Source: the human T2T-CHM13v2.0 reference genome, Homo sapiens. Taken from it: DNA of 64,000 bases. This document shows positions 48,901 to 63,620 of the stretch, in pieces. Under the pieces are notes generated by a model, which ran no database searches, was not told the origin of the DNA, and saw nothing but the letters and a program-made list of their open reading frames with translations. The position numbers and the translations under genes were made by a program. The stretch lies in assembly GCF_009914755.1 (NCBI RefSeq), contig NC_060939.1. The stretch is one strand, 5' to 3'. Numbering within the stretch: the first letter of the stretch is position 1; each line of letters starts with the position of its first letter.

Positions 48901-51900
48901 GAATGGAATGGAAAGGAGTGGAGAGGAATGGAGTGGTGTGGAATGGAATGGAATGATATGGAATGGAATCGAATGGTGTGTAAAGAAATTGTAGGGAAAA
49001 GAGAGAAGAGATGTGGAGTGGAATGGAATGGAGTGAATGTAGTGGAGTGGAGTGGTTTGTAATGGAGTGTAATGGAAAGGAAAGGATAGGAGTGGAGTGG
49101 AAAGGAGTGGAATGGAATGGAAAGGAATGGAATAAAAGGGCATGGAATGGAATGGAGTCCGGTTGAGTGGAATGGAATAGAGTGGAGTGGAATGGAAAGG
49201 AATGGAATGAAATGGAATGGAATTGAGTGGAGTGGAGTGGAGTGTAATGGAGTGCCATCGAGTGGAATGGAATTGAATGGAATATAATGGAATAGACTCG
49301 AATGGAATGGAATGCAGCGGAATGGAGTCTAGTGGAGTAGAATGGAATGGAGCGGAATGGAGTGGAATGGAATGGATTGGAGTGAAAAGAATGGAATTGA
49401 ATGGATTGGAATAAAATAGAGTGGAATATACTGCAGTGGAAAGGAATGGATTGGAGTGAAAAGAATGGACTGGAATGGATTGGAGTGGAATAGAGTGGAA
49501 TGTAGTGCAGTAGAATGGAATTGATTGGTATGGAATGGAGTTGAATGGAATTGCGTGTAGTGGAAAGGAAGGGAATGGAATGGAATGGAATGGAGTGGAG
49601 TGGAGTACAGTGGAGTGGAGTGGGGTCGAATGGATTGTAGTCGAATGGAATGGAATGGAATGGAGTGGAAGGGAGTGGAGTGGAATGGAATGAAAGGCAT
49701 TGGAAAGGAATATAATGGAATATAATGGAATGGAATGGAAAGAAATGGAATGGATGGGAATGGACTGGAATAGAGTGGAGTGGAATATACTGGAATGGAA
49801 TGGAAGGAATGGAATGGTATGGAAAGGAGGGGAGTAGAGTGGAATGGAATGGAGTGGAATGGATTGGAGTGGAATGGAATGGAATGGAAAGAATGGAATG
49901 GAGGGCAGTGGAATGGATTGGATTGGAGTGGAATGGAGTGGAATGGAGTGGAGTGTAGTGAAAAGGAATGGAATGGAGTGGACTGGAATAGAGTGGTATG
50001 GAATGGAATGGAGTGCAGTGGAATGGAATGGAATGGAATGAAATGAAATGGAATGGAGTGAAGTGGAATGGAATGGAGTTGAGGAGAATGGAATGGAATG
50101 GAAAAGAAGGAAATGGAGAGGCGGGGAGTGGAGTGGAATGCAATGAATTTCAATGGAGTTGAGTGGATTGGAATGGAACAGAATGCAGTGGAATGGAATG
50201 GAATGAAATGGAAAGTAGTGGAATGGAATCTAACGGAAAGGAGTGGAATGGAATGGAATGGAATACAATGGAATGGAGTGGAATGGAGAGGAGTGGAGGG
50301 AGTGGAATTGAATGGAGTGAAGTGAAGTGGAATTGAAACGAATGGAATGGATTGGAATGGAATAGAGTTTAGTGGAGAGGAAAGGAGTGGAGTAGAGTGA
50401 AACGGAAGGGATCGGAATGGAAGAGAATGGAGAGGAATTTAATGGAATGGAGTGGATTGAAGTGGAGTGGAGTGAAAAGGAATGGATTGGAATGGAATGG
50501 AGAGGAATGGAACGGAATGGAATGCAGTGTAATGGAGTGGAGTGGGGGGGAGGGGAATGGAATGGAATGCAATGCAATGGAATTGAATGGAATGGAGTGA
50601 ATTGGAACGTAATGGTGTGAAGTTGAGGGGAATTGAATGTAATGGAATGGAATGGAATTGATTGGAATGGAGAGGAAGGGAGTGGAGTGGAATGAAATGG
50701 AGTTTAAAGAACGGAGTAGAATGGAACGGAATGGAATGGAGTGGAGTGGATAGGAATGGAGTGGAATGGAATGGATAGAAATGGAATGGATTGGAGTGGG
50801 GTGGAATGGAATGGAGTGGAGTGAAGTGGAATCGAATTATAATGAAATGGAGTGGAATGCAGTGGAGTGGGGTGGAGTGGAATGGAATGGAACAGAATGG
50901 AATGGAATGGAATGGAATAGAGTGGAATGCAATGGAATGGAAAAGAATGGAGTGGAATGGAGTGGAGTGAAATGGAATGGAACGGAGTGGATTGGACTGG
51001 AATGGAATTCCATGGAATGGAATGCAATGGAACGGAATGGAATGGAACGGAGTGGAGTGAAATGGAATGGAACGGAGTGGATTGGACTGGAATGGAATTC
51101 CATGGAATGGAATGCAATGGAACGGAATGGAATGGAACGGAGTGGAGTGGAATGGAATGTAACGGAGTGAACGGGAGTGGAATGGAATGTAACGGAGTGA
51201 ACGGGAGTGGAATGGTATTAAATGGAGTAGAACGGAAAGGAGTGGAATGGAGTTTAGTGGAGTGGCATGGAATGGAGTGGAATGGAGATGATTTGAGTGG
51301 TTTGGAATTGAATGGGATGGAGTAGAGTGGATTGGGTAGAGTGAATGGGAATCGAATGGAATGGAAAGGATTGGAATGGAATGGAGTGAAAGGGCGTGGA
51401 ATGGATTGGAATGGAATGGAATAGAATGGAATGGAATGGAAAGGAATGGAATGGAAAGGAATGGAATGGATTGGAGTGGAATGGAATGGAATGGAATTGA
51501 ATGGAATGGAATGGAACAGAGTGGAGTGGAATGGAACGGAATGGAATGGAATCGAGTGGAATGGAATAGAAAGAAATGGAATGGAATGGAATGGAGTGTA
51601 ATGGAATGGACTGGAGTGGAGTGGAATGGAATGGAATTGAATGAAATGAAGAGGAATAGAATCAAATGGAAGGGAAATGAAGGGATTGGAGTGAAATTGA
51701 ATGGAGTGGAATGGAGAGCAGAGGAATAGAACGGAATGGAATGGAGTGGAGTGAAATGGAATGGAGTGGAAAGGAATGGATTAGATTGTAAAGGAGTGCA
51801 GTGGATTGGAACAGAATGGAGTTGAATGGAATAGAGTGGAAAGTAATGGAACAGAGTGCAGTGGAATGGAACGGAATGGAATGGAAAGGAATGAAATGGA

Positions 51901-54900
51901 ATGGAATGGAATGGAGTGGAGTAGATAGGAATGGAACTGAGTGGACTGGAATGGAATGGAACGGAATGGAATAGATTGGAGTGGAGTGGAGTGGAGTGGA
52001 TTGTGGTCGAGAGGAATGGAATGGAATGGAATGGAATGGAATGGAATGGAATGGAACAGAATTTAATGGAATGCAGTGCAGTAGAGTGGAGTGGAGTGGA
52101 ATGGAATGGACCGGAATGGAAAAGATAGGAATGGAGTGGAATTGATTTGAATGGAATTGATGGGAGTGGAATGGAATGGAGTGGAGTGGAGTGAAGTGGA
52201 ATGGAATGGAATCGAATAGATTGGAATGCAGTGTAGTGGGTTGGGGTGGAATGCAATGGAGTGGAGGGATGCAGATTGGAAAGGAATGGAATGGAAAGGA
52301 ATAGAAGAGAATGAAATGGATTGGAGTGGAGTGTAGTGGAATGGAATGAAATGGAATGGAGTGGAATGGAATGTAGTGGGGTGGAGTGTAATGGAATGGA
52401 GTAGAGTGAAGTGGAAGGGAATGGAATGGAGTGGAATGCAATGGAATGGAGTTGGGTGGAGTTGAATGGAGAGGAAAGTAGAGAAATGGAATTGAGTGGA
52501 ATGAAAGTGATAAGAGTGGAATGGAGTGGAATGGAATGGAATGGAATGAAAGGGATAAGAATGGAATGAAGAGAAATGGAATGAAATGGAATGGAGTGGA
52601 ATGGAGGAGATTGGACTGGAGTGGAGTGGAGTGGAGTGGATTGGGGTAGAGTGGGGAGGAATGGAGTGGAAAAGAATGGAGTAGAGTTGAGTGGAATGGA
52701 ATGGACTGGAGTGGATTTGAGTGGAATGGAATGGACTGGAATGGAATGGAATGGAATGATGTGGAATGGAATGGAGTGGAGAGGAGTGGAGTGGAATGAA
52801 GAGGAGAGGACTGGAATGGAATGGAATGGCATGAAACGGAATGGAACGGAATGGAATGGAGAGGAGGGGATTGGAGTGAATTGGAATGGAGTGGAAGGTA
52901 GTGGAGTGCAGTGGATTGGAATAGAATATAGTCGAATGGAAAGGAAAGGAATGGAACGGAATGTAATGGAGTGGAGTGGTGTTGAATGGAATTGAGTGGA
53001 GTGGAAGTCATGGAATGGAATGGAGTGGACTGGAGAGGAGTTGGGTCGAGTGAAATGGAATGGAATGGAGTGGAGTGGAATGGAATGAAATTCAATGGAA
53101 TGGAATGAAATGGAATGGATAGGAAAGGAGTGGAATGATCAGAATGGAATGGATTTGAATGGAATGGAATGGAATGTAGAGGAATGGAGTGGAATTGGGT
53201 GGAGTGCAATGGAATGGAGTGGAGTAATGTGGCATGGCACGGAATGGAATGGAAAGGAATAGAACGGAATGAAATGGATTGGAGTGGAGTGGAGTGAAAT
53301 GGAGTGGAGAGGAGTGAAATGGAAAGGAATGGAATGGAATAGAATAGAATGGAATGGAGTAAATTTGAATGGAATGGGATGGAGTGGAGTGGAATGGAAT
53401 GGAAAGGAGTGGAGAGGAGTGGAATGGAATTTAGTGGAGTGGAAGATCATGGAATAGAATGGAGTGGAGTGGAGTGGGGTCGAGTAAAATGGAATGGAAT
53501 GGAGTGGAGTGCAGTGGAATGGAATACAATGGAATGGATTGGAAAGGAATGGAATGGAATGGAGTGGAGTGGAATGAAAATCCATGGAGTAGAGTGGAAT
53601 GGAATGGAGTGGAATGGAATGGAGTGTAACGAAATGGAATGGAATGGAATAGAGTGGAATGGAATGGAATTCAACTGAACGGAATGGAATGCATTGGAAT
53701 GGAATGGAATTCAATTGAATGGAATGGAATGCAATGGAATGGAATGGAAAGGAATTGAATTCCGTGGAATGGAATGGAATTGACTGAAATGTAATGGAAT
53801 GAAGTGGAATGGAGGGGAATGGAATGGCATGAATGGGAGTGGAATGGAACGTTATGTAATGGAATGGAATGGCATAGAGTGGAGTGGAGTGGAATGGAAT
53901 GGAGTGGAGTGGAATGGAATGGAGTGGTGTGGAATGAAATGGAATGGAGTGGAATGGAATGGAATGGATATGAGGGGAGTGGAATGAAATGAAATGGAAT
54001 GGAATAGAGTGGATTGGAAAGGAATGGAATGGAATGGAGTGATGTGGAATGAAATGGAGTGGATGGAGTAGAGTTTAGCGGATTGGAATGGAATGGAGTG
54101 GAATGGAATAGAGTGGAATGGAATGGAATGGTGTGTAGTGGAATGTAACTGGATGGAAAGGAATGGAATGAAATGGAAAGGAATGGAACGGAGTAGAGAG
54201 GATTGGAGTGGAATGGAATTAAGTGGAGTGGAAAAAAATGCAATGGAATGAAAAGCAATGGAGTGGAGTGGAATGGAGTGGAAAGGAATGGACCAGAATG
54301 GAACGGAATGGAATGGAGAGGAATGTAATGTAATGGAATGGAGTGGAATGGAATTGATTGGAGTGGAATGTAGTGGAGTGGAGTGGAGTGGGGTCGAGTG
54401 GATGGGAATAGAATGGAATGGAATTGATTGGAATTGAAACGAGGGGAGTGGAGTGGATAGAATGGAATGGAGTGGAGTTGAATGGATTGGAATGGAATGC
54501 AATGGAATGGAGAGAAGGGGTGTGGAGTGGAATAGAATGGATTGGAGTGGAATGGAATGGAATGAAATGGAATGGAACGGAATCGAGAGCAAAGGAGTGG
54601 AGTGGAATGGATTGGAATGGAATCGAATGGAAGGGAGATGAGGGGTGTGGAGTGGAAAAGAGTTTATTGGAGTTGAATGGAATAGAGTGGAGCAGATTGG
54701 AATGGAATGGAAGGGAGAGGAGGGCAATAGAATGAAATGGAATGGAATTTAATGGAATGGAGTGGAACAGAATGCAATGGAGTGGAGTGTAATGAAATGG
54801 AAAGGCATGGGATGGAGTGGAACGCAATGGAATGGAATGGATTGGTAATTAGGAGAGAGGAGTGGAATGGAATGGAGTGGAAAGCAGTGGAGGGGATTGG

Positions 54901-57900
54901 AATGGAATGGAGTGGAGTGGGATTGAATGGAGTGTAATGGAATGGAGTGGAATGGAGTGGAGTGGAATGGAACGGAATGGAGTGTGGTGGAATGGAATGG
55001 AATGAAGTAGAGAGAAATGGAGTAGAGTGGAGAGGAATACAGTGGAATGGAGAGGAGTAGAATAGAATAGAATAGAATGGAATGGTGTGTAGTGGAATGA
55101 AATGGAGTGGCATGGAATGGAGTGGAGTGGAATTGAGTGGAGTGCAATGGATTGGAATGGAATGGAATGCAATGGAATGGAATCGAATGTAATGGGATGG
55201 GGTAGAGTGGAATTGAATGGATGTTAATGGATGGAGTGGAATGGAATGTAGTGTAAAGGAATGGAATGTACTCAAGTAGAGTGAAATTTAATAGAAAGGA
55301 AAGAAGGGGAGTGCAATGTAATGGAAAGGAGTGGAATGGAATGGAATGGAATGGAATGTTATGGAATGGAATGGAATGGAATAGAGTGGAATGGAATGGA
55401 ATCGAGTGGACTGGAATGGAATGGAGTGGAGTGGAAGGGAATGGAATGGAATTGAATGGATTGCAGTGGATTGAAGTGGAGTTCTTTGGAATGGAATGGA
55501 GTGGAATGGAATTAAATGGAATGGAGTGGAATGGAAGGGGGTGGAGTGGAATGGAATGGAACAGAATGGAGTGGAGTGGAATGGAATGGAATTGAGTGGA
55601 GTACAGTGGAGATGATTGAATATGAGTGGAGTGGAGTGGAATGGAGTGGAATGGAGTGGATTGGAATAGAAAAAACGGAATGGAATGGATTGAAATGGAA
55701 CGAAGTGAAATGGAATGGAGTGGAATGGACTGTGGTAGACTGGAATGGAATAGAGTGGAATGGATTGGAGAGAAGTGGAACAGAATGGAATGGTGTGGAA
55801 GGGAATGCAATGGAACAGAGTGGACTAGAAAGGATGAGTGGAATGGAGTGAAATGGAATTTAATGGAATACAACGGAATGGCATAGAATGGAGTGGGATG
55901 GAGAGGAATGGAATGGAATGGAATGGAATCTAATGGAACAGAAAGGAATGGAGGGAAGTGGGAAGGAATGGAATTTAATGGAATGGAGTGGAATGGAGAG
56001 GATTGTTATGGAGTGGCAAGGAATGAAATCGAATGGAGTGGAATGGAATGGAATGGAGTGGAGTGGAGTGGAGTGGAATGGAGTGGAGAGGAGTGTAGTG
56101 GAATGGAATTGAAGGAATGGAATTTAATGGAATGGAATGGCAGGGAATGGAATGTAGCGGAGGGGAGAGGAGAGGAGTGGAAAGTAATGGAGTGGAATGG
56201 AATGGAACAGAATGGAGTGGAATGGAGAGAAGAGGAGTGGAATTGTATGCAATGGAGTGGAATGGAAGGGAATGGAATGGTACGGAAAGGAATGAAGTGG
56301 AATGGAATGGAATTGAAAGGAACGGAATGGAATAGCGTGGAATGGAATGGTGTGGAATGAAATGGTATGGATTCGAGTGGAATGGAGCAGAATGGAATGG
56401 AAGCGAATGTACTGGAGTGGAGTGGAGTGTAATGGAATAGAAAAGAATGGAATTGGGTGGATTGCAATGGAATTGACTGGAGTGGAAGACAATGGAATGG
56501 AATGGAATGGTTGTAGTAGAGTGGAGTGTGGTCGGGTGGAATAAAATGGAATGGATTGGAGTGAAATGGAACGGAATTCCGTGGAATACAATGAAATGGA
56601 ATGGAATGGAATGGAAAGGAAAGGAACGGAACGGAACGGGCCAGAACAGAATGGAATGGAACGAAATGGAATGGAATGGAATGGAATAGAGTGGAAAGGA
56701 ATGGAATGAAATGGGGTGGAATATAGAGGAGTGGAGTGGAATGGAATGGAATGCAGTGGAGTGGAAAGGAATGGAGCAGAATTTATTGGAATGGAATGCA
56801 ATGCAATGGAAACGAATGGAATGGAATGGGGTGGAATGGGGTAGTGTGGAAAGGAATGGAGCAGAATTTAATGGAATGGAATGCAATGGAATGGAAACGA
56901 ATGGAATGGAATGGGGTGGAATAGAGTGGTGTGGAATTTAATGGAGTGAAGTTGAATGGAATGGAATGGAAAGGATTGGAATGCAGTGGAGAGGAATGGA
57001 TTGGAATAGAATGGAATAGAGTGGAATGGAATCTAGTGTAATGGAATGGAAGGGAATGAAATGAAATGCAGTCGAATGTAATAGAATGGAACAGAAGTGA
57101 ATGGAGTGGAGTGAAAAGTATTGAATTTTTTCAAGTGGAATGGAATGGAATGGAATGGAAAGGAATGGAATGCATTGGAAATGAATGGAAAGGAATGGAG
57201 TGGAAGTGTAGTATACTGGAGTGGAGTGGAGTGAAATGGAAGAGAATAGAATGGAAAGGAATGGAATGGAACAGAATGGATTGGAATGGAATGGAATGGA
57301 ATGGAATAGACTGTATTGGAATGTAATGTAATGTTATGTAATGGAAAGGAATGGAATAGAGTGGAACGGAATGGAATTGAATGGAGTGGAATGTAGAGGA
57401 GTGGAGTGTAATGGAATGGAATGTTGTGGAAGGGATTTTAGAGGAATGGAGTGGAGTGGAATGGAATGGAGTGGAATAGAGTGCAGTGGAATGGAATGGA
57501 GTGGAATGGAATGGAATGGAGTGGAATGGAATGGAAATAATTGGAGTGGACTTCTGTGGAATAGAATGGAATGGAGAGGAGGGGAACGGAGTGGAGTAGA
57601 CTAGAATGAAATCAAATGGAATGGAATGGAATGGAAAGGAAAGAAATGGAATCGAGTGGAGTGGAGAAGAAGAGAATGGAGTGGAGTAAAATGGATTGGA
57701 ATGGAAAGGAACAGAATGGAATGGAGTGGAGTGGAGTGGAGAGAACTGGAGAGGAATGGAGTGGAATTTAATGGAATGGAAGGGAATGGAATGGAATGGA
57801 GTGCAGTGGAATGGAATGGAATGGAATGGAGTGGATTGGAATGGAATGAAGTGTAATGGAAAGGAGTGGAATGGGATGGAATGGACTGGAGAGGAGTGGA

Positions 57901-59480
57901 ATGGAATTGAATGCAATAAAATGGAATGGAGTGAAGTGGAGTGAAGTGGAATATAATGTAATGGAATGCAATGGAGTGCAATGGAGTGGAGTGGATTGGA
58001 ACGGAATAGAGTGGAATAGAGTGGAGTGGATGGAATGGAATGGAATGGAATGGAAAGGAATGGAATGGAATGGAGTGGAATGGATTGGAATGGAATGGAA
58101 TGGAGTGGAATGGAATGGAATGGAATGGAGTGGATTGAAGTGGAATGGAAAGGAAAGGAATGGCATGGAATGGAATGGAATGGAGTGGAGTGGAGGGGTG
58201 GGGATAGGGGTGGAATGCAATGAAATGCAATCCAATGGAATGGAATGCAATGGAATGGAATGCAATGGAATGGAAGGGAATGGAGTGGAATGAAGGAGAG
58301 TGGAATGGAATGGAGTGGAATGGAATGGAATGGATTGGAATGGTGTGGAGTGGGGTGGATGGAATGGAATGGAATGGACTGGACTGGACTGGATGGAATA
58401 AAATGTAAAGGCACGTATCAAATGGATGTAATGGAATAGAATGGAAGTGAGTGCACTGGAGTGGAGTGGAGTGTAAAGAAATGGAATGGAGTGGAATTCA
58501 AGGGAATGGAAAGGGAAGGAATGGAATGGAAAGGAAAGGAATGGAGTGGAGTGGTTTGGAATGGAATGGAGTAGAGTGGAATGGAATGCAATGGAATGGA
58601 ATGGAATGAATCGGAATGGAATGGAAACGAATTCCATAATGTGGAAGGAATGGAATGGAGTGGAATGGAATCTTGTGGAATGCAACAGAAGGCAATGGAA
58701 TGGAAAGGAGAGGAGTGGAGTGTAGTGGAATGGAATGAACAGGTATGGAATGTAACCTAAAGTAGTTGAATGGAATGGAGTAGAATGGAATGCGGTGGAA
58801 TGAAATGGAGTGTTATGGAATGCAATTGAGTGGAATGCGGTCGAATGGAGTGGAGTGTAATGGAATGGCATGGAATCGAGTGGATTGGAATGGATTGGGA
58901 TTGAGTGGAGTGGAATGCAAAGGAGTGGAATGGAATGGAATGGATTGGATTGGAGTTGAGTGGAATGGAATGGAATGGAGTGTAGTGGAGAGGAGTTTAT
59001 AGGAGTGGAGTGGAGTGGAGTGGAAGAGAGTGGAATGGATTGGAATGGAATGGAATTGAACGGAGCGGAAGGGAGTAGAGTGTAGTAGAGTGGAATGAAA
59101 TGGAATGGAATTGAATGGAAAGGAATGGAAGGAATGGAATGGAATGAAAGGGAATCGAGTGGATTGGAGCGGAATAGAATGGAGGGGAAAGGAACGGAAT
59201 GGAATGGAATGGAATGGAACGGAGTGGAGTCTAGTGAAGAGGAATGGAGTGGAACAGAATGGAATATAGTGGAATGGAGTCGAGTGGAGTGCAGTGTAAT
59301 GCAACGATATGGAAAGGAATGCAGTGGAATGGAATGGAGTGGAATGGAATGGAGTCGAATGGAATGGAATGGAATGGAGTGGAGTGGAATGGTAATGAAT
59401 GAAATAAAATTGAGTAGAGTTGAATGGAGTGAAGTGGAGTGGAACGGAATGAAGTGGAATAGAGTGGAGTGAAAAGGAAT
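33920..59480 (+). repeat. HSat3 GGAGT/GGAAT-rich diverged domain without Alu cassettes
   Basis: Dense ggagtggagt, ggattgg, gcagtgg variants and few TCGA; interrupted by a TCGAAT-type island at ~37135-37845. Confidence 0.85.
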
Positions 59481-62400
59481 GGAATGGATGGAATGGAATG
59501 GAATGGAATGAAATGGAATGGAATGGAATGAAATGGAATGGAATGGAATGAAATGGAAGTGACCGGAGTGGAATGGAATGGAATGAAATGGAATGGAGTG
59601 GAATGGAATGGAATGGAAAGGAAAGGAATGGAATGGAAAAGAATGGAATGAAATGGAATGGAGTGGAATAGAATGGAATGGAATGGAATGGAATGGAATC
59701 AACTGGAATGGGATGGAATGAAATGGAATGGAAAGAAAGGGAATGGAATTTAATGAAACGGAGACTATCCGAATGGAATGGAATGGAATGGAATGCAATG
59801 GAATGGAATAAACACGAATTGAATAGAATGGAATGGAATGGAATGGAATGGAATGGAGTGGAATGGAATGGAATGGAATGGAACTTAATGGAATGGATTC
59901 AACCCAAGTAGAATGGAATGGAATGAAATGGAATGGAAAGGAATGGAAAGGAATGGAGTGGAATGGAATCAACGGGAGTGGAATGGAATGGAATGGAATG
60001 GAATCAACACGAGTGGCATGGAATGGAATGGAATGGAATGGAATGGAATCAACACGAGTGGCATGGAATGGAATGGAATGGAATGGAATAGAATGGAATG
60101 GAATGGAATAAACATTAAGGGGATGGAATGGAATGGAATGGAATGGGATGGAATGGAATGGAAAAGAATCAATTGGAATGGAATGGAAGGGAATGGAATG
60201 AAATGGAGTGGAATGCAATCAACCCAAATAGAATTGAATGGAATGGAATAGAATGGAATGGAGTGGAATGGAATTGAGTGGAATGGAATCAACCAGTTGG
60301 AATGGATTGCAATGGAATGGAATGGAATGGAACGGCGTTGAATGGAACGGAATGGAATAGAATGCAATGGAATGGCATGGAATCAACCCGAGTGGAATGG
60401 AATGGAAAGGAATGCAATGGAATGGAATGGAATGGAATGGAATGGAACGGAACGGAATGGAACGGAACGGAATGGAATGGAATGGAATCAAACCAAATGG
60501 AATGGAATGGAATGGAATGGAATGGAATGGAATGGAATGGAATGGAATCAACCCCAGTGGAATGGAATTGAAAGGAATGGAATGGAATGGAATGGAATGG
60601 AATGGAATGGAATGGAATGGAGTCAACTGGAATGGAATAGAATTAAATGGAATGGAATGGAATGGAATGGAATGGAATGGAATGGAATGGAATGGAATGG
60701 AATGGAATGGAAAAAACCCGAGTGGAATGGAATGGAATGGAATGGAATGAACTAGAAAGGAATAGAGTGGGATGAAATGGAATGGAATGGAATGAAATGG
60801 AATGGAAGGGAATATAATGGAATGGAATGGAATGGAATCAACCCGAGTACAATGGAATGGAATGGAAAGGAATGGAAAGGAATCGAGTGGAATCAACCCG
60901 AGTGGAATGGAATGGAGTGGAACTAATTGGAATGGAATGGAATGGAATGGAATGGAATGGAATAGAATAGAAAGGAATCAACTGGAATGGAATGGAATGG
61001 AATGCAATGCAATGGAATAGAACAGAATAGACTGGAATGGAATGGAATGGAATGGAATGGAATAGAATGCAATAGAATGGAATGGAATCAACTCGAGTGG
61101 AATGGAATGAAATGTAATGGAATGGAATGCAATAGAATAGAATGCAATGGAATGGAATCAAGTAGCCTCGAATGCAACAGAATGCAATGCAATCAACTCA
61201 AGTGGAATGGAATGGAAAGGAGTGGAATACAATGGAATGGAATGGAATAGAATGGAATTGAATGGAATGGAATAATGTGGCCTCAAGTGCAATAGAATTA
61301 AATGGAATCAACTTGAATGGAATGGAATGGAATGGAAAGGAATAAACTGGAATGGAATGGAATGGAATGGAATGGAATGGAATGGAATGGAATGGAATCA
61401 ACACGAGCCGAATGGAAGATTGGAATGGAATTTAATGGAATGGAATAGAGTCAACCGAAGTGGAATGGAATGGAATGGAATGAAATGGAATCAATCGGAG
61501 TGGAAAAGAATGTAACGGAATGGAAAGGAATGGAATGGAATGGAATCATCCAAAGTGGAATGGAATGGAATGGAATGGAATGGAATACAATGGAATGGAA
61601 TAGAATAGAATGGAATGAAATTTAATGGAGTCATCCCGAGTGGAATGGAATGGAAAGGAATTGAATGGAATGGAATCAACCCGAGTGGAATGGAATGGAA
61701 TGCAATGGAATGGAATGGAATGGAAAGGCATCAACCTGAATGGAATGGAACAGAATGGAATGGAATTGAATGGAATGGAATGCTATCAACCCGAGTGACA
61801 TGGAATGGAATGGAATGGAATGGAATGGAATGGAATGGAATGGAATCAAATGTAATGGAATGGAATGGAATCAACCCGAGTGGAATGGAATGGATTGGAA
61901 TGGAATGGAAAGGAAAGGAAAGGAATGGAATGGAATGGAATCAAAATGAGTAGAATGGAATGGAATGGAATTTTATGGAATGGAATGGAATGGGATGTTA
62001 TGGAATGGAATGGAATGGAATCAACCTGGGTGGAATGGAATGGAATGGAATGGAATGGAATGGAATTGAATGGAATCAACCAGAAGGGATTGGAATGGAA
62101 TGGAATGCAATGGAATGGAATGGAATGGAATCAACCCGAGTGTAATGGAATGGAATGCAATGGAGTGGAAGGGAATGGAATGGAATGGAATGCAATGCAA
62201 TAGAATGGAATGGAAAGAAATGGAATGAAATAGCCTCGAATGCAACAGAATGGAATGTAATCAACTCGAGTGGAATGGAATGGAAAGGAGTGGAATGCAA
62301 TGGAATGGAATGCAATAGAATGGAATTGAATGGAATGGAATGAAGTGGCCTCGAATGCAACAGAATGAAATGGAATCAACTCGAATGGAATGGAATGGAA

Positions 62401-63620
62401 TGGAATGGAATGGAATGGAATGGAATGGAAATGAATCAACTGGAATGGAATGGAATGGAATGGAATGGAATGGAATGGAATGGAATCAACGCGAATGGAA
62501 TGGAATGGAATGGAATGGAATGGAATGGAATGGAATGCAATGGACTCAAGCGGAGTGGAAAAGAATGTAACGGAATGGAAAGGAATGGAACATCCAGAGT
62601 GGAATGGAATGGAATGGAATGGAATGGAATGGAATGGAATGGAATGGAATGGAATGGAATTTAATGGAGTCATCCCGAGTGGAATGGAATGGAATGGAAT
62701 GGAATGGAATGGAATGGAATGGAATGGAATCACCCCGAGAGGAATCGAATGGAATGCAATGCAATGGAATGGAATGGAATGGCATCAACCCGAATGGAAT
62801 GGAATAGAATGGAATGGAATTGAATGGAATGGAATGCTATCAACCCGAGTGGCATGGAATGGAATGGAAAGGAATGGAATCAAATGGAATGGAATGGAAT
62901 GGAATGGAATGGAATGGAATGGAATGGAATGGAATGGAATCAACCCGAGTGGAATGCAATGGAAAGGAATGGAATGGAATGGAATGGAATGGAATGGAAT
63001 GGAATGGAATGGAATGGAATCAACCCGAGTGTAATGGAATGGAATGGAATGGAATGGAATGGAATGGAATCAACCCGAGTGGAATGGAGTGGAATGGAAT
63101 GGAATGGAATGGAATGGAATCAACCCAAGTGGAATGGAATGGAATGGAATGGAATGGAATGGAATCAACCCGAGGGGAATGGAATGGAATGCAATGGAAT
63201 GGAATGGTATGGAATGGAATGGAAAGGAATGGAATCAACCTGAGTGGAATGGAATGGAATGGAATGGAATGGAATCAACCCCAGTGTAGTGGAATGAAAG
63301 GAATGGAATGGAATGGAATGGAATGGAATAGAATCAACTAGAATGGAATGGAATGGAATGGAATGGAATGGAATGGAATCAACCCGAGTGGAATGCAATG
63401 GAAAGGAATGGAATGAAATGGAATGGAAGGGAATATAATGGAATGGAATGGAATGGAATCAACCCGAGTGCAATGGAATGGAATGGAATGGAATGGAATG
63501 GAATGCATTGGAATGGCATGGAATGGAATGGAATCGAATGGAATCAATTCGAGTGGAATGGAATGGAATGGAATGGAATAGATTGGAATGGAATGGAATG
63601 GAATGGAATGGAATGGAATG
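59480..63620 (+). repeat. Canonical satellite III domain: CAACCCGAGT(GGAAT)n
   Basis: Long pure GGAAT runs punctuated by aatcaacccgagt and variants (e.g. 60381-60394, 60835-60849, 61675-61687, 62938-62950, 63017-63030). This is the classical satellite III 10-bp punctuation motif. Confidence 0.9.
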
